A DNA stretch of 64,000 bases from an uncultured Bacilli bacterium. GTDB taxonomy: Bacteria; Bacillota_I; Bacilli_A; RF39; UBA660. The notes under the pieces were generated by a model that searched no databases, had not been told where the DNA came from, and saw nothing but the letters and a program-made list of their open reading frames with translations. The stretch spans positions 30,059-94,058 of the forward strand of contig CALVKK010000001.1 in the NCBI GenBank assembly GCA_944332645.1, given 5' to 3'. The position numbers were made by a program, and so were the translations under genes. Below, one piece after another: positions 9,845-17,298 of this stretch (the first letter of the stretch is position 1; every line of letters begins with the position of its first letter).

Positions 9845-10014
9845 GGTATTAACCTCGCTTTTTTGTGTTTGAATCGCTCTTGTAGTTCTTTTGCTCTTTT
9901 AGGTGTAAATACTTTAGCCTCGTTTATATCTCTAACAATGTGGTACATTGGAATACTAGGCTTAGCCCACTTTAGATACACTTTTTCGTTTGAAACTTCT
10001 ATTTCTACAATCAT
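9829..10014 (-). CDS. Small hypothetical phage protein
   Basis: 61-aa ORF. Confidence 0.4.
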   Translation of the reverse strand: MIVEIEVSNEKVYLKWAKPSIPMYHIVRDINEAKVFTPKRAKELQERFKHKKARLIPCVKN

Positions 10015-10682
10015 TTTTCACCCCTTAATTCTTTTTCAAAAGCCTCTAATTCTTCATCAGTTAGTAAATCATCATCGACATTTTTATTGAACCAGTCAGG
10101 AACTTGTTCTATTGGCTTTTCGTTTTTTAAACGGTCAAAAATTATTCCTTTGTAATTATTTGCCATGCACTCATCGATTAAGTTAATAATTTTTTCTTCG
10201 CCATATTTTTTTGTGTTGTTTTCAATTTGCGTTAGTAAAGACTTTAATCCTGTTTCAGTATAATGTTCTTTTCGCTCTTTTTTGTACATGAGCCAATCTT
10301 CAATCTTTCCCCTTAACAATCCCCTATCTTTTAAAAACTCTAAATTAGAAACTAAAAACTTAAAACTTAAAACACTTGTTTTGTTTTCTTCCGGTTCCTC
10401 ATTCGGTTTCTTTCCGGTTTGCTTTCCGGTTTTTCTTTGGTTTGCCTTTCGGTTTTCTTCCGGTTCATTTTTTTTACTTCTTTTTGAATTGTTTTTTGAT
10501 AAATTTAACTGTGATTTCAAAGTGTTAAAGACTGCTTGATTGTGTCCTGTTAATATAGGTTCAATATCTTTAAATACATAATCAGTAATAGCTATTAATA
10601 AAATACTTTTATCTTCTATTGGTAATGTATCGATTAAGTTATAATAGTCATAATAAAATGTAAAACTATTTACTTTATTCAT
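10011..10682 (-). CDS. Putative replication initiator / replisome organiser (DUF6291-like N-terminus, DnaD-like C-terminus)
   Basis: The N-terminus (FTFYYDYYNLIDTLPIEDKSILLIAITDYV) and C-terminus (WLMYKKERKEHYTETGLKSLL...NNYKGI) match recalled phage replication-organiser patterns. The gene contains iterons. Confidence 0.5.
   Translation of the reverse strand: MNKVNSFTFYYDYYNLIDTLPIEDKSILLIAITDYVFKDIEPILTGHNQAVFNTLKSQLNLSKNNSKRSKKNEPEENRKANQRKTGKQTGKKPNEEPEENKTSVLSFKFLVSNLEFLKDRGLLRGKIEDWLMYKKERKEHYTETGLKSLLTQIENNTKKYGEEKIINLIDECMANNYKGIIFDRLKNEKPIEQVPDWFNKNVDDDLLTDEELEAFEKELRGEK
10388..10466. repeat. Seven phased (T)TYCGGTT(T)/TTTGGTT repeats, candidate origin iterons (second copy at 46553..46631)
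   Basis: The GG cores at 10393, 10405, 10416, 10428, 10439, 10451 and 10462 alternate in 12- and 11-bp spacing. Confidence 0.6.
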
Positions 10683-10685
10683 TCC

Positions 10686-10835
10686 TTAACACCTATCCTT
10701 TAGTTCTTTTTTAAAATCGTTTATTATGTCTTCAATTTGACATAATCTAATTTTTAAGATATACTTTAGTTGTAAATTTTTATTTACAACTTGATTGGAG
10801 CACCCCCGTGACCAATCTTTTTTTTGTACAGTCAT
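10686..10835 (-). CDS. Small hypothetical protein
   Basis: Start taken at MTVQKKDW, which has an AGGGGTGA RBS. Confidence 0.35.
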   Translation of the reverse strand: MTVQKKDWSRGCSNQVVNKNLQLKYILKIRLCQIEDIINDFKKELKDRC

Positions 10836-10852
10836 TTTTACATCACCCCTTT

Positions 10853-11086
10853 CTATAAATTCACTAAACAATAATCTCGATCATTATTTCGACTGCATTG
10901 TTCTAAAGCATTGTTCTGTAATAAATAGCCTAAATAGAACATACCTACTAACAATGCACCAACCACAACCATACCGATTATCATTCTGTGTTCTTTTTTC
11001 TTCTTTTCTTTTAAAAATTGTTTTCTCATTTTAATTTGATTTTCTTTTAATACTTCGTTTAATGTTTTTCCCTCTTTATTTTTCAT
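10853..11086 (-). CDS. Small membrane protein
   Basis: 77 aa with one clear TM segment (MIIGMVVVGALLVGMFYLGYLL). Confidence 0.5.
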   Translation of the reverse strand: MKNKEGKTLNEVLKENQIKMRKQFLKEKKKKEHRMIIGMVVVGALLVGMFYLGYLLQNNALEQCSRNNDRDYCLVNL

Positions 11087-11113
11087 ATAGCTTGTCCTTT
11101 CTTTTTTAGAAAA

Positions 11114-11230
11114 CTATGAATAATAATTTTCTTGAATAAATAATGTTAGATTTTTTATTATTTTTTCTAATCTTTCTTTATTAGGTGGATTAGAACTTTT
11201 TATTTTTAATGCAGACTTGTTTTTTTTCAT
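11114..11230 (-). CDS. Possible 38-aa basic peptide
   Basis: Hand-translated as MKKNKSALKIKSSNPPNKERLEKIIKNLTLFIQENYYS. A GGTGAG RBS lies upstream. Below the ORF-track cutoff. Confidence 0.25.
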   Translation of the reverse strand: MKKNKSALKIKSSNPPNKERLEKIIKNLTLFIQENYYS

Positions 11231-11289
11231 ATTCTCACCTACTAAATAATATTTTTTTAAGGTTTGTCCTTATTCTTTAAATTATTTTG

Positions 11290-11318
11290 TTGACTTGCTT
11301 TATGTTCTCCTTTACAAT
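11290..11318 (+). promoter_or_regulatory. Near-consensus sigma-A promoter TTGACT-17-TACAAT for the DUF2188 gene (copy at 47455..47483)
   Basis: The hexamers and 17-nt spacer were read directly. An AAGGAGG RBS and the ATG at 11338 follow. Confidence 0.6.
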
Positions 11319-11337
11319 GTTTTTGAAAGGAGGAATT

Positions 11338-11568
11338 ATGGCAAATCAACATACTGTTCCAAATCCAAATGGTGGTTGGGATGTAAAACGTGAAAACGCT
11401 AAACGCGCAACTAAACATTTTGATAATCAAAGCGATGCATATAAATATGCTCAATCAATCGCTAAAAATCAAAACAGTGAAGCGCTTTTACACGGTCGTG
11501 ACGGTAAGATTCGTGCTAGAGAAAGTTACGGAAACGACCCAAAACACATTAAGGATACGGAATATTAA
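11338..11568 (+). CDS. DUF2188-family small protein
   Basis: MANQHTVPNPNGGWDVKRENAKRATKHF...HGRDGKIR matches the recalled DUF2188 pattern. Start chosen at the RBS-preceded ATG. Confidence 0.65.
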   Translation: MANQHTVPNPNGGWDVKRENAKRATKHFDNQSDAYKYAQSIAKNQNSEALLHGRDGKIRARESYGNDPKHIKDTEY

Positions 11569-11574
11569 TATTTG

Positions 11575-11601
11575 CAGTTAGTTTTTTCTAACTGTTTTTT
11601 T
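11575..11601 (+). terminator. Intrinsic terminator after the DUF2188 gene (copy at 47740..47766)
   Basis: The cagttag/ctaactg stem is followed by a T7 tract. Confidence 0.65.
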
Positions 11602-11755
11602 CTTTTACTCTAACTATATAAGGTTTAATAATATCAACATATTCTTGAGTAAATTCAACTATTATTTCTTTAGTTTCTTCATTTTGAATAATTACATATT
11701 CTATATTTTTGTTTAAAATATTATTGCATTTTTCTTCTTTTTGACATTCTTTCAT
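11588..11755 (-). CDS. Possible 55-aa early protein downstream of cro
   Basis: Hand-translated as MKECQKEEKCNNILNKNIEYVIIQNEETKEIIVEFTQEYVDIIKPYIVRVKEKNS. An AGGAG RBS is present, 5 nt after the cro stop. Confidence 0.35.
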   Translation of the reverse strand: MKECQKEEKCNNILNKNIEYVIIQNEETKEIIVEFTQEYVDIIKPYIVRVKEKNS

Positions 11756-11760
11756 CTTAT

Positions 11761-12006
11761 CTACTCCTGTTCGTTGTTTTTCTGCTTATTCGCATATATT
11801 TTTCTAAAAAAAATGTCAAAATCTTCGTTATATACTAGCAAAATTTTTTCTAATATATCGATTTGCATAGAAACCTGATTATTCTCATATCTACAAAGTG
11901 TATCTTTATTAATACCAGCCTTTTCGGCTACAATTTCAATAGACATTTTTTCTTTAGCTCTAATAGAACGAAGTTCATCAGCTATTAATTCTCTAGTATT
12001 TTTCAA
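11761..12006 (-). CDS. Cro-like XRE-family HTH regulator
   Basis: Has an HTH_3 pattern (SIEIVAEKAGINKDTLCRYENN). It is divergent from the CI-like repressor. Confidence 0.75.
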   Translation of the reverse strand: MKNTRELIADELRSIRAKEKMSIEIVAEKAGINKDTLCRYENNQVSMQIDILEKILLVYNEDFDIFFRKIYANKQKNNEQE

Positions 12007-12029
12007 CTTTATCCCTCCTAACTACCTAC

Positions 12030-12058
12030 ATTATACTATGCTTATTTGCAGAAGTCAA
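12030..12058 (-). promoter_or_regulatory. Early lytic promoter, consensus TTGACT-17-TATAAT on the minus strand (copy at 48195..48223)
   Basis: Read directly. One operator half-site lies inside the spacer. Confidence 0.65.
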
Positions 12059-12080
12059 TACTTTTTATGCAAATAAGCAT
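12038..12080. promoter_or_regulatory. Operator: perfect 13-bp inverted repeat ATGCTTATTTGCA-N17-TGCAAATAAGCAT (copy at 48203..48245)
   Basis: Seen directly between the divergent cro and cI genes. Confidence 0.6.
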
Positions 12081-12088
12081 AATTTTTA

Positions 12089-12117
12089 TTGCTTTTTTAA
12101 AAAAAATAATATATAAT
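12089..12117 (+). promoter_or_regulatory. Repressor promoter TTGCTT-17-TATAAT (copy at 48254..48282)
   Basis: Read directly. An AAAGGAGG RBS and the ATG at 12140 follow. Confidence 0.55.
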
Positions 12118-12139
12118 CAATATGAAAGGAGGAATTACT

Positions 12140-12778
12140 ATGCCTAATTTCTTTTCTTCAAACCTTAAATTTTTAAGAGAAAAAAAAGGATTATCACAAA
12201 ATAAGTTGGCTGAAAAGGTAGGTGTAAATCAAACCACAATTGCAAGATGGGAAACAGAAGAAATTAAACCATCTATTGACAATGTAGAACAAATTGCTAA
12301 CGCATTAAATATTGGGCTACCTGAATTACTTATTTCAGACTTAAGGTTCGATAATGCTGATGTTGTAGACATACCATCAAATACTATAAAAATACCAGTT
12401 TTAGGTGTAATTAAGGCCGGAATACCTATAGAAGCCCAACAAGATATAATAGATTATGTTGAGATACCTAAAGATTGGACTAAAGGCGGTAAAGAATACT
12501 ACGGACTAAAAATTAGTGGTGATAGTATGTACCCCAAATATGATAATGATGATATAGTAATTTTCTTAAAAACAAATGAAGTCATAAGTGGTAAGGACTG
12601 CGCTGTTATGGTCAATGGATTTGATGCTACATTTAAAAAGGTATTATTTCAAAATGATAGTATAGTATTGCAGCCATACAATAGCAACTACCAAGTACAA
12701 ATATTTAATAAAGAACAAATAGAACAATTACCAGTTAAAATAATCGGAATAGCAAAAGAGAAAAGGACAAAATTATAA
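12140..12778 (+). CDS. CI/LexA-like phage repressor (XRE HTH + S24 peptidase domain)
   Basis: N-terminal HTH (LSQNKLAEKVGVNQTTIARWE) and a C-terminal S24 domain with GDSMYP and a downstream FKK lysine. Confidence 0.85.
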   Translation: MPNFFSSNLKFLREKKGLSQNKLAEKVGVNQTTIARWETEEIKPSIDNVEQIANALNIGLPELLISDLRFDNADVVDIPSNTIKIPVLGVIKAGIPIEAQQDIIDYVEIPKDWTKGGKEYYGLKISGDSMYPKYDNDDIVIFLKTNEVISGKDCAVMVNGFDATFKKVLFQNDSIVLQPYNSNYQVQIFNKEQIEQLPVKIIGIAKEKRTKL

Positions 12779-12835
12779 ACATGATGATGAAGCAAATAGA
12801 TATATTAAATTCCTATTAGAAAATAAAATTGATTA

Positions 12836-12891
12836 AAAATACGCTAGTACAGGTATTTTTAAAATAGATGTATGATTGGAGGTGTATTTTT
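12836..12891 (+). promoter_or_regulatory. Conserved about 55-nt leader, copy 1, upstream of the membrane-protein moron (also at 49001..49056)
   Basis: Hairpin AAAATAC-GCTAGTACAG-GTATTTT, then AAAATAGATGT and GGAGGTGTATT. Paralogous to 13353..13406. Confidence 0.4.
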
Positions 12892-13260
12892 ATGATATTT
12901 ATTTTGGATTTTTTTATTACAATGAGTTGTTATATGGTTTATCCTTTGGTAAAATTCGTTGTCTTAAACAAAGATGTGGAATTTACAACAAAAGATGTAA
13001 ACAAAACCTGTATTATAAATAGTATTGTATGGGCTATAATATTCTTAATTATAGGAATTAATATAATTCCAAATTACGAGCCTAACTTTGCACCTGCAAT
13101 GATATGGTATTGTATTAATTACAGCATTTATTATCTAAAATATCGCAATGAAGATAATGTAAAAATTTTCGATAATAGAACTAAAAAATTAGCAATTTTA
13201 GCACTTGTTTTGGTAATCATTGTTATACTAATATATGCATCTATATTTAAAAATATCTAA
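12892..13260 (+). CDS. Multi-pass membrane protein (lysogeny-module moron)
   Basis: Several hydrophobic segments. Start taken at the ATG after the GGAGG (MIFILDFF...). Confidence 0.55.
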   Translation: MIFILDFFITMSCYMVYPLVKFVVLNKDVEFTTKDVNKTCIINSIVWAIIFLIIGINIIPNYEPNFAPAMIWYCINYSIYYLKYRNEDNVKIFDNRTKKLAILALVLVIIVILIYASIFKNI

Positions 13261-13352
13261 TTGGCTTAGTAAACATTTTAACACATATATATAGTAGTGT
13301 CTCTAATAAGTATTATTATTTCAATATTTAATTACAATGATATAATTAGCTT

Positions 13353-13406
13353 AAAACTTGCTAGTACGGGAGTTTTAAAATAGATGTTAGATAGGAGGTG
13401 TATTAA
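13353..13406 (+). promoter_or_regulatory. Conserved leader, copy 2, upstream of the lipoprotein moron (also at 49518..49571)
   Basis: Hairpin AAAACT-TGCTAGTACGGG-AGTTTT, then AAAATAGATGT and GGAGGTGTATT. Confidence 0.4.
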
Positions 13407-13928
13407 GTGAAAAAATTACTAATGATTGGTTTAACTATGGTTTTACTTGCTGGAATTACAGGTTGTACAGAAACTGTTTCTCAAGATGAGTCTGGAAACG
13501 AAAAAAAAGAATTTACTTTAACAGAAACAGCTATAGTAAATGATACAAAAATAAAAATAAATTCTGTTACAAAATTAGAAAGAGAATGTTCTTGGGAGTA
13601 TGACGGAGAATGTCAAAGCTATACAGAGCCTGAAAATGATTATTTTTTAGTTATTGATTTAACAATAGAAAATAACGGTTCTGAAGAGTTAAACATATCT
13701 TCTATGATGAGTTTTGATTTAAAAGACTCAAACGGAGAAAGAGGAAAATATGCTTTATTAACTGAAGCTATTTCTAGCCAATTAGATGGCTCCATAATGT
13801 CTGGTGATTTATTAAAAGGGCAAATCGCTTATGATGTTAAAGATTCAGATACATTTAATTTTTACTATTTAGATAGTCTATTGGATGATCAAATTAAATT
13901 TGTTATCAATAAATCTGATATGCAATAA
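13407..13928 (+). CDS. Lipoprotein with a DUF4352-like Ig-fold domain (possible superinfection exclusion)
   Basis: Signal peptide with lipobox LLAGITGC. The YFLVIDLTIENNG pattern is typical of DUF4352. GTG start after a GGAGG. Confidence 0.7.
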   Translation: MKKLLMIGLTMVLLAGITGCTETVSQDESGNEKKEFTLTETAIVNDTKIKINSVTKLERECSWEYDGECQSYTEPENDYFLVIDLTIENNGSEELNISSMMSFDLKDSNGERGKYALLTEAISSQLDGSIMSGDLLKGQIAYDVKDSDTFNFYYLDSLLDDQIKFVINKSDMQ

Positions 13929-13979
13929 AATTGTATAAAAAAACTACCGCGGCAACGGTAGCAACGAAAACAAGTCTGC

Positions 13980-14009
13980 ATAATTGTACGTGTTTTCATG
14001 TACAATTAT
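13980..14009. promoter_or_regulatory. Perfect 10-bp inverted repeat ATAATTGTAC-N10-GTACAATTAT upstream of the integrase (copy at 50145..50174)
   Basis: Seen directly, 32 nt upstream of the int ATG. Confidence 0.45.
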
Positions 14010-14041
14010 AGCATAAAATTTAGTAAAAAGGAAGTGCTATA

Positions 14042-15559
14042 ATGAAGAATCAGGTTATAAATGAATTTAAAGAATGGCTTAAATCACAAAAATTTAATAA
14101 TACAATATATGAAAAAATTGCTGGAGCATATATAAGAATTTCAACTGATAAACAAGATGAATATTCTCCAATTTCGCAATTAAAAGCAATTTGGGAGTAT
14201 TGTGAAAGAAATAATATGTATTTAAATATTGATTATATTTTTATAGAAGATGAGGGAATATCGGGGAAAAACGCACTTAAACGAACTGAATTCCAAAATA
14301 TGATTGCTACTGCAAAAGCCGATAAAAAACCTTTTGACACAATTGTTTTATGGAAATTCAGCCGATTTGCTCGTAATCAAGAAGAAAGTATCGTATATAA
14401 ATCTCTATTAAGAAAGAAACACAATATAAATATTATATCAGTTTCTGAACCACTTCCTACAGGTCCATTTGGCGGGCTTATAGAGCGAATTATCGAATGG
14501 TTTGATGAATATTACCTTGTAAACCTTTCGGGCGAAGTAAAGCGTGGAATGACTGAAAAAGCACTAAAGGGAGGACTGCAATCAACTCCAGCTTTTGGAT
14601 ACGATGTTGATAAGCAAAATAACATTCTTGTAGTAAATGAAAGTGAATCTCAAATTGTAAAATTTATTTATGAAGAATTTACTATTAAAAACAAATCTAT
14701 GTTAGATATTGCAAAACAATTATATAAAATGAATATAAAGACAAAAAAAGGAAAAAGATTTGAAGCAAGAACAATTTATTATATTTTAGCTAATCCTGTT
14801 TATATAGGTAAATTAAGATGGACACCAACGGGTAAAACAAAATGGGATTTCAACAATGAAGAAAGTATAATAGTTAATGGAAAACATGAAGCTATAATTT
14901 CAAATGAATTATTTGAAAGAACACAAAATATTTTAAAAACTAGAATTAGAAAACCATATCAACGAATTGACAGTGAAGTTAATTATTGGTTGCGTGGTAT
15001 TATAAGATGTAAAGAATGTGGTCATACATTAATAAAACACAATAGAAAGAAATTAAGATGTAATGGATACAATCACGGACAATGTTCTAATCAAACTACA
15101 TTAGTAATGAGCGAAGTTGAAAATTTAGTTATACAACAAATAAAAAGAGATTTTAGTACTGGAATAATAAGTAATATTGTGGAAAAATCAAAAACCGAAA
15201 AAAAGGTAGACACAAAGTCAATAATTTTAAATCAAATTAAAATGAATGAATTAAAACTAAATAGAGCTAAAGAAGCTTACCAAAGTGGAGTTGACAGTTT
15301 AGAGGAATATAAAGAAAATAAAATAAAAATAGAAAAAGAACAACAATATTTAAAATCACAGCTAAATGAATTTTCGAATAATAACGAAAGTAATTTAGAC
15401 GATCATAAAAAAGAAATAATTGAAAATGGAAAAAAAGTTTACGAAATTCTATTAAATGAAAACATCTCAATAAGAGAAAAAAATGACATACTACATCAAC
15501 TAATTAATAAAATAGAATTTAACGAAAACACTTATGAATTAACGATTTTTTACAATTAG
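14042..15559 (+). CDS. Large serine recombinase (phage integrase)
   Basis: Resolvase-type N-terminus (AYIRISTDKQ catalytic Ser motif), a recombinase domain, a zinc ribbon (CKECGH...CNGYNHGQC) and a C-terminal coiled coil. 505 aa. Confidence 0.9.
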   Translation: MKNQVINEFKEWLKSQKFNNTIYEKIAGAYIRISTDKQDEYSPISQLKAIWEYCERNNMYLNIDYIFIEDEGISGKNALKRTEFQNMIATAKADKKPFDTIVLWKFSRFARNQEESIVYKSLLRKKHNINIISVSEPLPTGPFGGLIERIIEWFDEYYLVNLSGEVKRGMTEKALKGGLQSTPAFGYDVDKQNNILVVNESESQIVKFIYEEFTIKNKSMLDIAKQLYKMNIKTKKGKRFEARTIYYILANPVYIGKLRWTPTGKTKWDFNNEESIIVNGKHEAIISNELFERTQNILKTRIRKPYQRIDSEVNYWLRGIIRCKECGHTLIKHNRKKLRCNGYNHGQCSNQTTLVMSEVENLVIQQIKRDFSTGIISNIVEKSKTEKKVDTKSIILNQIKMNELKLNRAKEAYQSGVDSLEEYKENKIKIEKEQQYLKSQLNEFSNNNESNLDDHKKEIIENGKKVYEILLNENISIREKNDILHQLINKIEFNENTYELTIFYN

Positions 15560-15598
15560 TCTCTTTTGAAGTATGGTGGACCTTATCTCAAAAGAGAC
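15559..15598. other. attP (internal phage-phage junction of the tandem array)
   Basis: GTCTCTTTTGA-N18-TCAAAAGAGAC, perfect 11-bp inverted arms. Sequence identity with the phage-host junction at 51724.. ends at 15582. Confidence 0.7.
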
Positions 15599-15613
15599 AA
15601 ATTATTTTTCCCG

Positions 15614-15642
15614 CACAAAAAAAGAACCAGCACTAAGCTGGT
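15614..15642 (-). terminator. Intrinsic terminator at the end of the endolysin gene
   Basis: On the minus strand, ACCAGC-UUAGU-GCUGGU is followed by a U-rich tract. Overlaps the stop codon. Confidence 0.6.
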
Positions 15643-16442
15643 ATTTCTAATACTTGTCCTGTTATGATTACATCAGGATCCTTAATATTGTTTAACTTTA
15701 CTAATTCATCTACTGTTGTGTTGTATTTTTTTGCTATTTTATATAATGTGTCGCCTTTTTTGACTTTGTAAGTTGTATAATCTTGTTCAGCTGATATACA
15801 TTCATTACATAATACCCAGGAAAAAATCTCTTTTAATAACAAATTCCCTTTGCTATCAATTTCTTGAATAGTATAGGTTTTATTTTTAACGGAATCAGGT
15901 ATTTTTAAGCCTTTATTGTTCCCTTGATAAACAGTAGCACTACTCTTTAAAATAACCTTATTTCCTACCTCAAAATCGATTTTAGAAGGTATCTCAGTTT
16001 CTTCTTCTTCAAATTCAATAGGCAAATATATAAATCCTTGAAAATTTTTGTTATTTTTAGTGTCGTATCCTTTAGTCATATAAAAATTAGTTCCTTTGTA
16101 AGCACTATTCGAACATTCAAAACTATCTCCATTTATTTTTTCTACTATCGCCACATGACCTGCACCGTCACTGCTATTATGCGTTTTACCTGTTCTATAG
16201 CAAGCAATGGCTCCCAATTTTGGTGTTTGCCCCTTTTCTAAATTCTTTGTACCATCGTACCAATTTTCTGCATTGCCATAGTATAAACCGTTAGGTATAT
16301 ACTCCAATAATTCTAATATACGACCATATGTATATGCAGTGCAATTCGGCATACCATATCCATTTTTGTAATATTCGTTTTTGTTGCTATAATAATTTTC
16401 ATCGTTTTTGCTTGGTGCAGTTGTTCTTGGTATAAATTTCAT
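15633..16442 (-). CDS. Endolysin: CHAP/NlpC-P60-type amidase/peptidase + SH3-like spacer + C-terminal LysM
   Basis: Catalytic Cys context is [11 protein letters not shown] and His context is AGHVAIVE. The LysM is [29 protein letters not shown]. Confidence 0.8.
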   Translation of the reverse strand: MKFIPRTTAPSKNDENYYSNKNEYYKNGYGMPNCTAYTYGRILELLEYIPNGLYYGNAENWYDGTKNLEKGQTPKLGAIACYRTGKTHNSSDGAGHVAIVEKINGDSFECSNSAYKGTNFYMTKGYDTKNNKNFQGFIYLPIEFEEEETEIPSKIDFEVGNKVILKSSATVYQGNNKGLKIPDSVKNKTYTIQEIDSKGNLLLKEIFSWVLCNECISAEQDYTTYKVKKGDTLYKIAKKYNTTVDELVKLNNIKDPDVIITGQVLEIPA

Positions 16443-16455
16443 AAAATCACTCTCC

Positions 16456-16662
16456 TTATTTATTTTTATTATAATTAACGCTAGACACCCCGATAATTGT
16501 ACCTAAAAATGTAATTACCGCTGTGCCAATAGTAATCACAGTGTCCGTAAAATTCCATTGTAATGTTGCCCCAATTACGCCAAATAATGTCAACAATGCA
16601 GGTAAAACAGTTATTACAATCCATTTTAAAATATCGTACATTTTATTACTCACCTTTTTCAC
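16456..16662 (-). CDS. Holin
   Basis: 68 aa with two TM segments and a charged C-terminus, immediately upstream of the endolysin. Confidence 0.7.
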   Translation of the reverse strand: MKKVSNKMYDILKWIVITVLPALLTLFGVIGATLQWNFTDTVITIGTAVITFLGTIIGVSSVNYNKNK

Positions 16663-16663
16663 C

Positions 16664-17284
16664 TCATTTCATTAATTTTTCTAATTGTTCTTCAACAAAA
16701 AATTTTAATTTTAACACTTCTTGCTTATTTTTTTCTGTGATGTTATATTTGTTTTTTAAGTATTGTACTGCCAAAAATCCGATTGGTTCGCCATTTTTAT
16801 TGTTTAGAATAACATCGTAAAACGAGTTTATTTCCATTTCTTTTTTCAACTGATATGTCGATGGCATTTCATCTTTAATTTCTTCAAGATTCCTAACTTC
16901 AAGAAACCCATCGTTCATTAGTTTACTAACAAATCTTGACAAGCAACTCAAAGGTATTGATTGTAAATAATTTTGTTTGTGGCTAACACCAGTTCGTATA
17001 ACTTCGTAACTACAGCTAGTCTTCAATGCACTTCTTCCATTCGCATAATGACCACCATTATGAAAATCGTAAACTTGTACTCTATCAGCATTTAAAAATT
17101 CTTTTAAATCTTCCATCTTTGAGATAATAGAATCATCAATATTAACTTGATTCTTTATTTTTTTTGGTAATGTATCTATTTCTTTTTTTGTGTTTTTATA
17201 AAGTTTTATAATAGCAACAATAATAGCACTAATTGCAAGGATTAAAAGTGAGAAATCATTTAAAAAATTTGCAATATTATTCAT
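16664..17284 (-). CDS. Membrane-anchored protein with a GAF-like cytoplasmic domain (unknown function) in the lysis cassette
   Basis: One N-terminal TM (FSLLILAISAIIVAIIKL). ADRVQVYDFHNGG...GFLAVQY resembles a GAF fold. Start at MNNIANF with an AGAGGTGAG RBS. Confidence 0.5.
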   Translation of the reverse strand: MNNIANFLNDFSLLILAISAIIVAIIKLYKNTKKEIDTLPKKIKNQVNIDDSIISKMEDLKEFLNADRVQVYDFHNGGHYANGRSALKTSCSYEVIRTGVSHKQNYLQSIPLSCLSRFVSKLMNDGFLEVRNLEEIKDEMPSTYQLKKEMEINSFYDVILNNKNGEPIGFLAVQYLKNKYNITEKNKQEVLKLKFFVEEQLEKLMK

Positions 17285-17298
17285 TAACTCACCTCTAT

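Larger units (their letters stand above)
1..15582. repeat. Copy A of a 15,582-bp direct repeat (matches 36166..51747)
   Basis: All ORF translations are identical between copies. Spot-checked DNA lines match at offset +36165. Identity ends at 15582/51747. Confidence 0.9.
1..15582. mobile_element. Partial upstream prophage unit (early, lysogeny and integrase part), truncated by the window edge
   Basis: Same gene content as 36166..51747. Ends at an internal attP junction, not at host DNA. Confidence 0.8.

Noticed and set aside
10388-10466. CRISPR-like or minisatellite interpretation of the CGGTT repeats
   Set aside because: The units are only about 11-12 bp with no spacers. They lie inside a coding region of a replication protein. 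No cas genes or long repeats occur anywhere in the window.
13980-14041. Sigma-K or sigma-E mother-cell promoter upstream of the integrase
   Set aside because: Only loose resemblance to the CATAnnnTA / CATACAnT -10 elements, and no convincing -35 at the correct spacing. This is too weak to claim.
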